Shown here: piece by piece, positions 1-9,644 of the stretch
Numbering within the stretch: position 1 is the first letter of the stretch
Layout: every line of letters starts with the position of its first letter
DNA from: Candidatus Eiseniibacteriota bacterium
GTDB taxonomy: Bacteria > Eisenbacteria > RBG-16-71-46 > CAIMUX01 > VGJL01
Assembly: GCA_041946735.1 (NCBI GenBank)
Contig: JBHGAY010000009.1
Coordinates: 32,001 to 96,000, forward strand
Length of the DNA: 64,000 nt
Direction of reading: 5' to 3'
Program-made: the position numbers and the translations under genes
The notes under the pieces: model-generated
What the model was told of the DNA's origin: nothing
Seen by the model: only the letters and a program-made list of their open reading frames with translations
Database searches by the model: none

Positions 1-3000
1 CGCGCGGAATCGCTCGTGGTAGCGCGTCGCCACCCGGATCGTTCCGCTCCCGCGCTGCTCGTCGAAGACGACCTTGTCCTGCTTGTCGCCGATCACGTAA
101 CGGAAGCGCAGCTCGGGCGCCGCGGCCGGTTGCGACGTCGCGCCGGCGGGCTCCGCGTCCTTTTCGATGAAGATCCGATCGCTACCGACCTGCCCCGAGA
201 CGATCCCTTCGCCGAGGCCGAGGCAGACGTTCACGACCATCTCGCGCATCTTCCCTTCGGCGGCGTTCACCGTCTGCAGGACCCCGGAGACCCGCGACCA
301 GGCGATCCGCTGCACGAGGATGCCACCGCCCCCTTCGCGGCGCCCTGGCATGCAGGCGGGGGCGCCGGCGGCGGCGGCGGCTGCGCAGGAACCGGCGGCG
401 CCGCCCGTCGGACGGCCGAAGAGTGCGCGGTTGTGAATCGCGCGCTCCGTCCAGAAACCGCTCCAGGCGCGCCGGACGTGAGAGAGAAGCTCTCGTTCCC
501 CGCGAACCATCAGGAAAGTCTCGAACTCCCCGGCCCGCGTCGCGGCGCTCGTATCCTCCTCGAGGCCCGAAGACCGCACGGCGACGAACGGCATGCCCGT
601 ATCGCGATCCGGGCAGCCCGGGCCGCCCAGGCGGCGGTATGCCTCGACGATGGCGGCGGCGACCGGCTCCGGGATCGAGGCCGCTTCCCAGAGCTTGCCG
701 ATCATCCAGGACTTCTGGGCGTCCGTCGTATCCGGATCGGCCAGGATCCCGTCGATCGCCTCGCGCAGTGTGCCCGCCTGCCCGTCCCCGAGCGGCGCCG
801 CCATCGTCCATCGAAGGGCGAAGTCGGTCACGGCGAACCAGGGCGGAACCGGCCGCGGCCCGAGGAGGTGGGCAACTCGCGTGAGATTGGCCGCCTTGCT
901 GCCGATCCACGGGAGCATCTCGTAGCCGCCATCCATAGGATCGAGAACGATCTTCTCGCCAAGGAGCGCCGCGCGCTCGCAATCTCGAGCCTCGATGGCT
1001 TCGCGGATCGCGTTCGCCCGCGCGTCGCGCGAGCGTCGAATCTCTACGCGGCGCGCGCCCGCCGGCAGCAAGGAGTCGAGCAAGGAGAGCGCCTCCAGAC
1101 GGCCGCGCGCCCGCGCGAGTTGCTCGCCGTTGGCGAGATCGAGACAGCCGCTCGCCGCAAGCTCCTCGGCCAGGCGATCACGGAGGATCCGTAGCCGCCG
1201 GCCGGCGAGGCGGTCGAGACGATCGAGACGATCGAGACTCTCGAGACTCTCGCGACGTTCGAAACCTTCGCGGCGCTCGAGACCCTCCACGCGACCGGGA
1301 GAGTGGAAGCCGCCGGGCGCCGACGATGGCGACGAAGCCCGCGCAGGCTCCGACGCGGCGGCGCACCCGACCTCGTCGAACGCCGCGTCGCGGAGCGCTT
1401 CCGCCTCCCTCGCGCTCTTGAAGACTTCGAGCAGGCGGCGCCGCAGCATCAGGATCTCGAGCGGGTCGCCGGAGGAGGCGACGGCGGCCTCGGTCTCCGC
1501 AAGGAGCCGTTCGCGCCGGCCGGTCCGCTCGCGCGCGACCGCCGCGATCCGCTGTCCCGCCGCCGCTCCGACCCTCGGATTGGCCAGAAGGTTGCGAAGC
1601 AGCGCTCCCCGCGAGGAAGCGAGCGCGGCATCCTCGGGCGCGATGCGGCCGATCTCGTCGATCGCAAAGACGGCGAGGCGAGGATCTTCGATGCGGTCGA
1701 GCAGCCGGCCGAGCTGATGCCTCGCCCGCAAGCGCCGGCCGCGGATCTCGAGCAACTCCGCCTCGTCGGCGGCGCTGCCGAGTCGACGCTCGCAGTCCGC
1801 CAGAGTGGAGAGCGCCGCGCGAAGGGCGAGGGCGTCGGGGTCCTGGCCGAGGACTTCGAGCGTCCCGCTCTCGGCGTCGAGCACGAGGAGGTCTCCTTCA
1901 CGCAAGCGATCCTGGCCGAGCGAACGCCGGGACCGGGCGCGGATCGGAACTCCGCGCACCTCGCTCACGGTCTCCTCCTCCTCGAAGCGCTCGAACGGGA
2001 GAGACCAGGAGCCGCCGGAATCCAGGCGAGGCTCGCCCGGAACGAGGAGAGCCGGCTTGCGGAACTGCAAGGCGAGCAGGCCGGCATGGCTCAGGATCGC
2101 GCCGCCGGTCGAGACGATCCCGGAGGCGCGGTAGAGGAAGGTGTTGTCCTCGGGCCGGAGTGTCGCGCTCACGAGGATCGCGCCGTCGAGATCGGCGGGC
2201 TTGCGCCCCGTCGTGCCGAAACGGGCGAGGCCCGCCGCGCGCCCGCCGGAGACGATGGTACCGGCCAGCAGCCGAGCGCCGGGGGTCGACTCGGCCGGCG
2301 GGGCCGGGCCGGCCCGTTCGAGCATTTCCGCCGCGATCGCCGCGTCCTCCCCCGGCGCCGGCGCGTCCCGGCCTCCGACCGGGAACCCGTAACGCCGCAG
2401 CTCGGCGGTGATCTTCTCCGGATCCTCGGACGCGTTCGCCTTCCAGGGATCCCGTTCGCCCTGCCTACGGGAAAACAGGAGACCCTCGCGCGCGACGAGA
2501 GCGAAGCGCGGGACGCGATCCCGATCGAGCAGCAGGTAGATCCGCGGGCGGGTGCCGGGAAGCTCGACCGTGGCGGCGATCGTCTCGTATCCGTTGACCG
2601 ACCCGGTCGTCTCGACTCGTAGCCCCGGGAAGATACCAGCGAGCAGGCGGGCGCGCTCGTAGGACTTCCACCTCTCCGTCCCCGCGCAGAGCAGGAGCCG
2701 CGCGAACCGCTCCGTTTCGTGTTCGCGCCGGAACCGCGAGGCAGGGGTCCGCGAGATCCGGTCGAGGCCGGCGATCGCCTCCCCGCGGAGAACGGCGTCG
2801 CGGAGCGGAGCGAGGCAGGCGCGCTCCAGCGCCTCCTGGCCGGGATCGCGGGCGATCGCCTCGAGATCGGGAACGAGGTCGCGAAGTCCCGCCTCGCGGA
2901 GCCGCGCGTCCAGCCGCGAAACGAGCCGCCGGCCGCTGGGAGAAGCGAAGGGGATGGGGCAGGCGCCCGCCCCGCTCCATGGCACCTCGCGGTTCCCGTC

Positions 3001-5157
3001 CGGCCCGACGCGCCATCCGGACAGAACGGCCCGGCGGTCGCGCGTGAGGAAGCGCTCGTACGGGATCGTTCCCCAGAGCAGGAAGAAGCGGCTCCACGCG
3101 TCCGCGACGGAGAGCTTCTCCTCGGCCGAGTGCGTCGTGGCGCTTATCGTCCAGTCGAGATCCATCAGGAGCGGCAGCATCCGGAAGAGCAGCGAGGCGC
3201 GCATGCGGAGGTCGCCGAGGGTGGCAGCCCGCTCCTTGTCGTAGCGGGCGTGCACCCGGGTCGAGGCGACGGCGCAATCGAAGTCCAGCCGCTCGAACAG
3301 CGTGCGGATTGCGGGGAGCTGGGGCGCGGGATGGCTCTCCAGCTCGTTCTTGCTGACGCCGTAGTACTCGAGGTCGATCATCCCGCCGCGCGAGGGAGGC
3401 GACCAGTCGATCCGCAGCAGCGCCGGATGGCTCCCGAACGAGACGTAGTAGTGCACCTCGTTGCCGTAGCCGAAGACCTTCACGTCCGGGAGCGGGCCCG
3501 AGCCGGCGGTCAGATGGCGCGCGCACGCTTCGACGAGGAGGCGCACCGACAGCGGGAGATCGAGCGGCTCTCCGTCACGGCGGTCGAGCGGCTCGTACTC
3601 GACGTACTCGATCGGGCGCGCGAGATGGAGAATCCGCTCCGGCGAGGCGTGCACCAGGTCGACCGTGCGGTTCGTCCCTTGAGCGGCGTCCATGAGGCGG
3701 AACCCGAGGCGGAGGCCCTTCTGATGCAGGTAGCGTTTCAATCCGTGCAGCGTCCGCACCTGGTCGAGCGCCCGGGGATCTTCGAACATCGTGACGAGGC
3801 GCGTGAGGTCGCCGCCGAGCGGCGCGTCGGGCGCGGCGTGCTCGAGCCCCCCCACGATCCTTTCGCGCATCGTCCCGTAGAGCTCAGGCAGCCGTCTCGC
3901 CTCCGGATCGTGCTCCGAGAAGAGGACGGTGAAATCTCCGACGATTCGATCGCATGCGCCGACGAGCCGCCGGGCGCGCTCGCCGGTCAGCGGCGAAAGG
4001 CTCAGGATCTCGGCGAGCGCCGTCGCGTGCGCGAGGTTGTAGCGCCGGAAGAGAGCGATCCGATCCTCGCTCCCCTTCTTCGCCGTGCCGCCGCCGTCCG
4101 CCGAGGTTGCTGCGGCAGCTGCCCCGCCGCTTTCTGCTGCCGCAGTTGCCGCGGCGGTTGCCACGCCGCCGCCTGCCGCGGCGGTTGCGCCGCCTCCACC
4201 GTCACCCGCAGCCCCGCCACCGCCATGCGCGATGAGCAGGAACGATCGCGTTCGTCTGCCCGCGGCCGCGGTGGCCGCTCCGTCCGGATCTTCGAGAAGA
4301 AAGGCTTCCGATGGCCGCACCCGGAAGGGGAAGGTTTCTCCGACGGGGATCTCCACCTCTTCCTGCACCTCGAGGCCGAGGTTGACTCGGCTCCATCCCA
4401 GCTCGGCGATCGCGGCACCGAGGAGGCGGTCGCCGCAGCGCGCCTCCGCTTCCCGGAAGCTCTCGAGGACGGCCGGCGGCACCGCCCCGTTCGGAGCGAG
4501 GTCGAGCAGATCGAGATGGCTCGCCCTCGTGTAGGCGAAGTACGGGGCTAGGAAGCGGAATGCCTCCGGTCCGACGATCCGCTCCGCGCGCTTCGGCGGA
4601 ATGGGGGCTCCCCGGTCGTCCAGCGATCGGGCGGCGAGACGCCTCAGCCGCAAGTCGGAATCGTGGAGGAGGAGATCGACCAGCGGCTCGTCTCCGGGAT
4701 GCGGCGCTTCGGAGGCGAACCGCTCGAGGATCGCCCGCACCGGTCCGACCCAGCGCTCCGGAGGGACGGGAGCGGACTCGCCGGTCTCGAAGCGCGAAGC
4801 GAGACCGAGGGCAAGCGCGCGATCGACGGGCAGCCCGCCCTCGGCGGCGGCCCGCGCGAGATCGGGAAGCAGGGAGAAGGCGAGATCGGGATCGCGAGCG
4901 GCCAACAGGCCTCGCAGCAGCGGCCACGGATCGGGAGAGGCAAGCGCGACGGAACGGAGCCGGTCGAACAGCGGCCGGGCGAGCGCTCCGCCCCTTCGCT
5001 GCAGCAGGGGGAGCAAGCGGATCCAGAGATCGGCCCCGACCGCTCCCGATTCCGCCGCCTCCCCAAGGCTGGCACAAGCCGCCGCCACCCGCTCGGGACT
5101 CCCCATCGCGATCGCGAACTCGGCCTCGATCCGGCGACAGGTTTCCTCGGGATCCAT
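1..5157 (-). CDS. Large (>1719 aa) PEP-utilizer/dikinase-like protein: unknown N-terminal region, phosphohistidine swivel domain, C-terminal PEP/pyruvate-binding (PPDK_N ATP-grasp) domain; runs off the left edge
   Basis: Absent from the ORF track because it has no in-window stop. Hand translation (ATG 5157, alternative TTG 5163) gives GIVSTGGAILSHAGLLALQFRKPALL (~2050-2130), then GSKAANL, VPPWFAVT, VAVRSSGLEED..AGEFETFLMVRG, ILVQR..SGVLQTVN and GLGEGIVSG (<910). Plus-strand ORFs 16..1194, 1303..2622, 2719..4551 and 4663..5253 are its exact-register shadows. Confidence 0.85.
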   Translation of the reverse strand, partial: MDPEETCRRIEAEFAIAMGSPERVAAACASLGEAAESGAVGADLWIRLLPLLQRRGGALARPLFDRLRSVALASPDPWPLLRGLLAARDPDLAFSLLPDLARAAAEGGLPVDRALALGLASRFETGESAPVPPERWVGPVRAILERFASEAPHPGDEPLVDLLLHDSDLRLRRLAARSLDDRGAPIPPKRAERIVGPEAFRFLAPYFAYTRASHLDLLDLAPNGAVPPAVLESFREAEARCGDRLLGAAIAELGWSRVNLGLEVQEEVEIPVGETFPFRVRPSEAFLLEDPDGAATAAAGRRTRSFLLIAHGGGGAAGDGGGGATAAAGGGVATAAATAAAESGGAAAAATSADGGGTAKKGSEDRIALFRRYNLAHATALAEILSLSPLTGERARRLVGACDRIVGDFTVLFSEHDPEARRLPELYGTMRERIVGGLEHAAPDAPLGGDLTRLVTMFEDPRALDQVRTLHGLKRYLHQKGLRLGFRLMDAAQGTNRTVDLVHASPERILHLARPIEYVEYEPLDRRDGEPLDLPLSVRLLVEACARHLTAGSGPLPDVKVFGYGNEVHYYVSFGSHPALLRIDWSPPSRGGMIDLEYYGVSKNELESHPAPQLPAIRTLFERLDFDCAVASTRVHARYDKERAATLGDLRMRASLLFRMLPLLMDLDWTISATTHSAEEKLSVADAWSRFFLLWGTIPYERFLTRDRRAVLSGWRVGPDGNREVPWSGAGACPIPFASPSGRRLVSRLDARLREAGLRDLVPDLEAIARDPGQEALERACLAPLRDAVLRGEAIAGLDRISRTPASRFRREHETERFARLLLCAGTERWKSYERARLLAGIFPGLRVETTGSVNGYETIAATVELPGTRPRIYLLLDRDRVPRFALVAREGLLFSRRQGERDPWKANASEDPEKITAELRRYGFPVGGRDAPAPGEDAAIAAEMLERAGPAPPAESTPGARLLAGTIVSGGRAAGLARFGTTGRKPADLDGAILVSATLRPEDNTFLYRASGIVSTGGAILSHAGLLALQFRKPALLVPGEPRLDSGGSWSLPFERFEEEETVSEVRGVPIRARSRRSLGQDRLREGDLLVLDAESGTLEVLGQDPDALALRAALSTLADCERRLGSAADEAELLEIRGRRLRARHQLGRLLDRIEDPRLAVFAIDEIGRIAPEDAALASSRGALLRNLLANPRVGAAAGQRIAAVARERTGRRERLLAETEAAVASSGDPLEILMLRRRLLEVFKSAREAEALRDAAFDEVGCAAASEPARASSPSSAPGGFHSPGRVEGLERREGFERRESLESLDRLDRLDRLAGRRLRILRDRLAEELAASGCLDLANGEQLARARGRLEALSLLDSLLPAGARRVEIRRSRDARANAIREAIEARDCERAALLGEKIVLDPMDGGYEMLPWIGSKAANLTRVAHLLGPRPVPPWFAVTDFALRWTMAAPLGDGQAGTLREAIDGILADPDTTDAQKSWMIGKLWEAASIPEPVAAAIVEAYRRLGGPGCPDRDTGMPFVAVRSSGLEEDTSAATRAGEFETFLMVRGERELLSHVRRAWSGFWTERAIHNRALFGRPTGGAAGSCAAAAAAGAPACMPGRREGGGGILVQRIAWSRVSGVLQTVNAAEGKMREMVVNVCLGLGEGIVSGQVGSDRIFIEKDAEPAGATSQPAAAPELRFRYVIGDKQDKVVFDEQRGSGTIRVATRYHERFRA

Positions 5158-5323
5158 CCGCAAAGCATCCTACCTTCCTCGTCTTCCATCGTCAAATCGG
5201 AGCGCGAGTTCCAGCGATGGTGCCTTCCGCCGGATGGGTCACGCGGAGGGTGAAACCTGCCGCTCCTGCCGCTAGACTTGCTTGTTCGCCAGGTTCGACG
5301 AACGGCAACAAGAGAGGAACTCG

Positions 5324-7525
5324 ATGGTCTCGAAGAGGAAGACGAGCGGTTCGGAGGCGCGTGAGCGGCAGGCGGCGCCGCGTCCCGACCGGGAGCTATA
5401 CGAGCGGCTGTGGTTGGTCCGGGAGTTCGACGAGCGCGTCTCGATCCTGCATCGCCAGGGGAAGATCGTCGGCGGCGCCTACTCCGGGCTCGGCCAGGAA
5501 GCGATCCAGGTCGGCGTCTGCCAGGTCATGCAGGAGGGGGACGCGATCTTCCCGATCCATCGGGACATGGGTGTCTTCCTCCTTCGAGGGATCGACCCGG
5601 GCCGCCTGATGGCCCAGTTCCTCGCCCGCCGCGATGGGTTGTCGGGGGGACGGGACTCCTTCCTCCATACCGGAGACCCGGAGCGTGGCGTCGTGGGCGC
5701 GACGAGCATGCTCGGCGCGACCCTTCCGGTCGCCGCCGGAGTCGCGCTGGCGATGAAGCTGCGCCGGCAGCCGAACCTCGCGATCGCTCTTTTCGGCGAG
5801 GGGGCCACGAGCCGCGGCGACTTCCATGAGGCGCTGAACTTCGCAGGGGTCCACAACCTCCCGGTCCTCTTCGTCTGCGAGAACAACCTCTACGCCTACT
5901 CGACCCCGATGCGCCTGCAAATGCCGGTCGACAGCGTCGCGGCGCGGGCCGAGGCGTACGGCATGCGCGGGGTCCGCTGCAACGGCAACGATCTGCTTCG
6001 GGTGCTGTCGACGGTCGAGGAGGCGGCGCAGCGCGCCCGCGCCGGCGAAGGCCCGACCCTGATCGAATGCGTGACGTATCGCATCCACGGCCACTCGGAG
6101 CACGACCCGGCTCGCTATCGGAGCGAGGAGGAGTGGACCGAGTGGGCGGGACGGGATCCGATCGAGCTCTTCGAGCTGTACCTCGCCAAGCGCGGCCACG
6201 ACGTTCCGAAGTTGCGCGAGGAGGTGCGGGCGAAGGTGCGCGAGATCGCGGACCGCGCGATCGAGTTCGGCGAGGCGAGCCCGTTCCCGGATGGCCCGGA
6301 GGCGCTCGAGGGCATCTGGTGCCCGGACGGCCCGGACGCCGGGACTCTCCCGCATCCCGCTACTCGACCCGCCGGAGCGGCCACGGGCCGGCCGGGGAGC
6401 GACGGGAGCGGCGCGCCGGACGGCGGCCATGCCGGCGCAGGCGGAGAGGGCGCGCGCCTCCCGGTGCGCTCCCTGATCCCGGACGGAACGATGCCCGGCA
6501 CGGCAGCCGAGCCGGGGGGCGAGCCGCGCTCCGCCGCGCCGGCGGGCGAGTCGACGTACATCGACGCGATCCGCCAGGCGCTCGACGAGGAGATGGAGCG
6601 CGATCCCAGCGTCATTCTCCTGGGCGAGGACATCGGAAGGCTCGGTGGCGCCTTCGGCGCGACGAAAGGGCTGATCGAGAAATACGGCGAGGAACGGGTG
6701 ATCGACACGCCGATCTCCGAGTCGCTGATCATCGGCGCGGCCGTCGGAGCCTCCATCGCGGGGATGCGGCCGGTCGCCGAGATGCAGTTCGCGGACTTCA
6801 TCTCGTGCGGCTTCGATCAGATCGTGAACACGGCGGCGACGCTCGCCTACCGCCATCCCGGGATGCTCGGCGCCCGGATCGTCATCCGCGCTCCGGCTGG
6901 AGCCCGCATCCATGGAGGCCTCTTCCACTCGCAGAACCCCGAGTCGTTCTTCCTTTCGACGCCGGGGATCAAGATCGTCGCGCCGTCGTCGGCCGCCGAC
7001 GCGAAGGGGCTCTTGAAGTCCGCGATCCGGGACAACAACCCGGTCCTGTTCCTCGAGTACAAGTACCTCTACCGGCGCGTGAAGGAGATGCTCGGCGCGG
7101 CGGACGAGGAGGTCGTGCCGATCGGCCGGGCCGCCCGGGTCGCGAGCGGCTCCGACCTGACGATCCTCGCCTACGGTCCCGCCGTCCCGCTCTGCAAGGA
7201 GGCGGCCGAGACGCTCGGCAAGGATGGGATCGGCGTGGATCTACTCGATCTGCGGACGCTGAAGCCTCTCGACATGGACGCGATCCGCGCGTCGCTCGAG
7301 ACGACCGGACGGCTGATGATCGTCCACGAGGACCGGCGGTTCTGCGGACTCGGCGCGGAGATCGCCGCCCGCGTCGCCGAGGAGATGTTCGAGATGCTCG
7401 ACGCTCCGGTCGCCCGGGTCACGACGCTCGACGCGCCCTACGCGTATAGCCCGCCGATGGAGGAGTTCCTCCTTCCGGACGCCAAGAAGGTGATCGAGGC
7501 GGCTCACCGGCTTCTCGCCTATTAG
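5324..7525 (+). CDS. 2-oxoacid (probably branched-chain or pyruvate) dehydrogenase E1, fused alpha+beta subunits
   Basis: TPP motif GEGATSRGDFHEALNFAG..ENN and YRIHGHSEHD in the alpha half. The beta half has GEDIG, DTPISE, PVAEMQFADF and HSQ. Start moved to ATG 5324 behind a GAGGA RBS. Confidence 0.92.
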   Translation: MVSKRKTSGSEARERQAAPRPDRELYERLWLVREFDERVSILHRQGKIVGGAYSGLGQEAIQVGVCQVMQEGDAIFPIHRDMGVFLLRGIDPGRLMAQFLARRDGLSGGRDSFLHTGDPERGVVGATSMLGATLPVAAGVALAMKLRRQPNLAIALFGEGATSRGDFHEALNFAGVHNLPVLFVCENNLYAYSTPMRLQMPVDSVAARAEAYGMRGVRCNGNDLLRVLSTVEEAAQRARAGEGPTLIECVTYRIHGHSEHDPARYRSEEEWTEWAGRDPIELFELYLAKRGHDVPKLREEVRAKVREIADRAIEFGEASPFPDGPEALEGIWCPDGPDAGTLPHPATRPAGAATGRPGSDGSGAPDGGHAGAGGEGARLPVRSLIPDGTMPGTAAEPGGEPRSAAPAGESTYIDAIRQALDEEMERDPSVILLGEDIGRLGGAFGATKGLIEKYGEERVIDTPISESLIIGAAVGASIAGMRPVAEMQFADFISCGFDQIVNTAATLAYRHPGMLGARIVIRAPAGARIHGGLFHSQNPESFFLSTPGIKIVAPSSAADAKGLLKSAIRDNNPVLFLEYKYLYRRVKEMLGAADEEVVPIGRAARVASGSDLTILAYGPAVPLCKEAAETLGKDGIGVDLLDLRTLKPLDMDAIRASLETTGRLMIVHEDRRFCGLGAEIAARVAEEMFEMLDAPVARVTTLDAPYAYSPPMEEFLLPDAKKVIEAAHRLLAY

Positions 7526-7537
7526 GGGGCGCACGCG

Positions 7538-8518
7538 ATGCGGATCCTCGCGGGAGACGTGGGAGGGACGAAGGCCCTCCTGTCGATCTTCGAATGGGAG
7601 GGCGGACGGCTCCGGACGCTGCGCGAAGAGCGGTACCCGAGCGCGGAGGTCGAAGGCCTGCACACGCTCGTGGAGCTGTTCTGCGGAGAGGACCTGTGCA
7701 CGATCGACCGTGCCTGCTTCGGCGTCCCGGGCCCGGTCCTCGACGGCGAGGTTCGCGCGGTGAACCTGCCATGGAACATCAGCGCGAGGCAGGTCGCCGA
7801 GCGAACGCGGATCGGGGCGGTGGTGCTGATCAACGACTTCGAGGCGGTCGGATATGGGCTCGAGGCGCTCGAGCCGCATGATCTGCTCGTGCTGCAGGAG
7901 GGGCGCCACGCGCCGCGGCGTCCCGCCGCCTTGATCGGCGCGGGAACGGGGCTGGGCGAAGCCTTCCTCCTTTGGATCGGCGACCGCCGCATCGTCTACC
8001 CGACCGAAGGGGGACACACCGACTTCGCACCCCGCAACGAGCTGGAATGCCGGCTGCTCCTTTACCTCGCGCGCCGCTTCGGTCACGTCTCCTACGAGCG
8101 GGTTCTCTCCGGCCCCGGTCTCGTCAACCTCTACCGGTTCCTGGTGGACGAGGGGATCGAGGGGCGTTCGATCGACGTCGAGAGGGAGATGCAGCGCGAG
8201 GATCCCGCGGCGGTGATCTCCGCGCGCGCGATCGATCGCGCCGACCCGGCCTGCGAGCGGGCGCTCGATCTCTTCCTCTCGATCTACGGAGCGGAGGCGG
8301 GCAACCTGGCGCTGAAGGTCCTGGCGAGCGGAGGCGTGTACGTGGCTGGCGGCATCGCGCCGCGCATCACGACCGCGTTCGCCGCGGGGACGTTCCTCGC
8401 CGCGTTCCGCGACAAGGGGAGGCACGACCCGCTGATGGAGGAGATCCCGGTGAGGGTGGTACGCAACGTGCGGGTCGGCCTGCTCGGCGCCGCGCGCTTC
8501 GCCGCCCTGCTTCCCTGA
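7538..8518 (+). CDS. glk: Glucokinase
   Basis: ILAGDVGGTK, INDFEA, GAGTGLG, EGGH, SYERVLSGPGL, GGVYVAGGIAP and F.DKGR motifs. Confidence 0.93.
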   Translation: MRILAGDVGGTKALLSIFEWEGGRLRTLREERYPSAEVEGLHTLVELFCGEDLCTIDRACFGVPGPVLDGEVRAVNLPWNISARQVAERTRIGAVVLINDFEAVGYGLEALEPHDLLVLQEGRHAPRRPAALIGAGTGLGEAFLLWIGDRRIVYPTEGGHTDFAPRNELECRLLLYLARRFGHVSYERVLSGPGLVNLYRFLVDEGIEGRSIDVEREMQREDPAAVISARAIDRADPACERALDLFLSIYGAEAGNLALKVLASGGVYVAGGIAPRITTAFAAGTFLAAFRDKGRHDPLMEEIPVRVVRNVRVGLLGAARFAALLP

Positions 8519-8568
8519 TCCTGCTGCCCGGATCCTGCTGCCCGGATCCTTGGAGTTCGCCGTTCGCC

Positions 8569-9438
8569 CTAGCGATCGAGCGAGCGAAGCGCGAGCGATC
8601 CCGCGGCGTCCGGGATTCCGCCCGGCGCGCGCGCGAATGTGCCCTCCCCTCGCCCCATGTCGTGGCATCCGGCGCACAGCTCGTCGCTCGCCGGCTCGAA
8701 GCGAACGAGATTGTCTTCCCCGGCCTCCGTCAGGTCGTGGCAGGTGGCGCACTCGATCCGGCCGTCGAAGAGGCGAATCCGTGGATCGAGCGTGGCGCGG
8801 ATGCGGCTCCCGCCCAGGTCGGAGCCGGGCGTGACCTCGATCCCGAAGGGATGGGTCGCCTCCTCGCGGAATCGCGGAGCGCCGGCGGATAGCGACGCGA
8901 CCACGCTCGCCCCGCCTCGAGTTGCAGCCGCCGAAGCGACGGCGCCCGAAGCTCCGTGGCACGTGAGGCAGAGGTCCGAGGCGCTTCGCGTCGCGAACGC
9001 TTCCCCGTCCGCGTGGTAGAGGCTCGCCGCCTCCCTGTGCCCGCGTGACAAGAGGGAGAGCGGCCGTCCCGGCACGTGACACGCGACGCAGGCCTGGCGC
9101 TCCGACCCTCCGGCATGAAAGCGCGCCTCGCCCGCGAGGATCACGCCGGGATCATGGAAGCGGTGGCAGTCGGAGCAATCGCGCCCCCCGGCGTGGAAAG
9201 CTTGCAGAACGCGGTCCGCGTCGGCAGATTGCATCGCGTGGCATCCCGCGCACGCCGAGGACGGCGGCGCCGAGAACCGGCCCCCATCCGCGTGGCATTC
9301 GGAACACGGAAGCAAGTCGTGCGTACCGCCAGCGGGACAGGAGGAGGACGCGGCGACGCTCGCCGCAACGACAACGCACAACAGGAGCAAGCCGCTTCGC
9401 GCTCGCGCTCTCCGGCGGCACCGATCGAGGCCGTTCAT
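8569..9438 (-). CDS. Exported heptaheme c-type cytochrome
   Basis: 7 CxxCH motifs (CSECH, CAGCH, CSDCH, CVACH, CLTCH, CATCH, CAGCH). A basic then hydrophobic signal peptide follows ATG 9438, with GGGAG upstream. Confidence 0.88.
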   Translation of the reverse strand: MNGLDRCRRRARARSGLLLLCVVVAASVAASSSCPAGGTHDLLPCSECHADGGRFSAPPSSACAGCHAMQSADADRVLQAFHAGGRDCSDCHRFHDPGVILAGEARFHAGGSERQACVACHVPGRPLSLLSRGHREAASLYHADGEAFATRSASDLCLTCHGASGAVASAAATRGGASVVASLSAGAPRFREEATHPFGIEVTPGSDLGGSRIRATLDPRIRLFDGRIECATCHDLTEAGEDNLVRFEPASDELCAGCHDMGRGEGTFARAPGGIPDAAGSLALRSLDR

Positions 9439-9538
9439 ACCCGCTCCCTCTCCGCGGCCACGGGGCGCTGCCCGCTTCCCACCGCCGACCGGCGAGGGGA
9501 AACCGGGGAGCGTACACGCGGACCGGGCGGGATCGGAG

Positions 9539-9555
9539 TGCAACGATCGTACCAG
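9539..9555 (-). promoter_or_regulatory. Putative sigma54 (-24/-12) promoter of the heptaheme cytochrome gene
   Basis: Minus strand reads CTGGTACGATCGTTGCA, i.e. GG-N10-GC close to the TGGCAC-N5-TTGC consensus. It is intergenic, about 100 nt upstream of ATG 9438. Confidence 0.65.
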
Positions 9556-9644
9556 CCGAGCTGTTCGCCCGGTTCACTCGTGGCGGGCACCGGGCCGAAC
9601 GGAAGGCGGACAGGATGCCGGCCGTCACCGGCACTTCGTCGCGA

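Noticed and set aside
16..5253. Long plus-strand ORFs (392, 439, 610 and 196 aa)
   Set aside because: Exact-register antisense shadows of the minus-strand dikinase-like gene, with no motifs of their own
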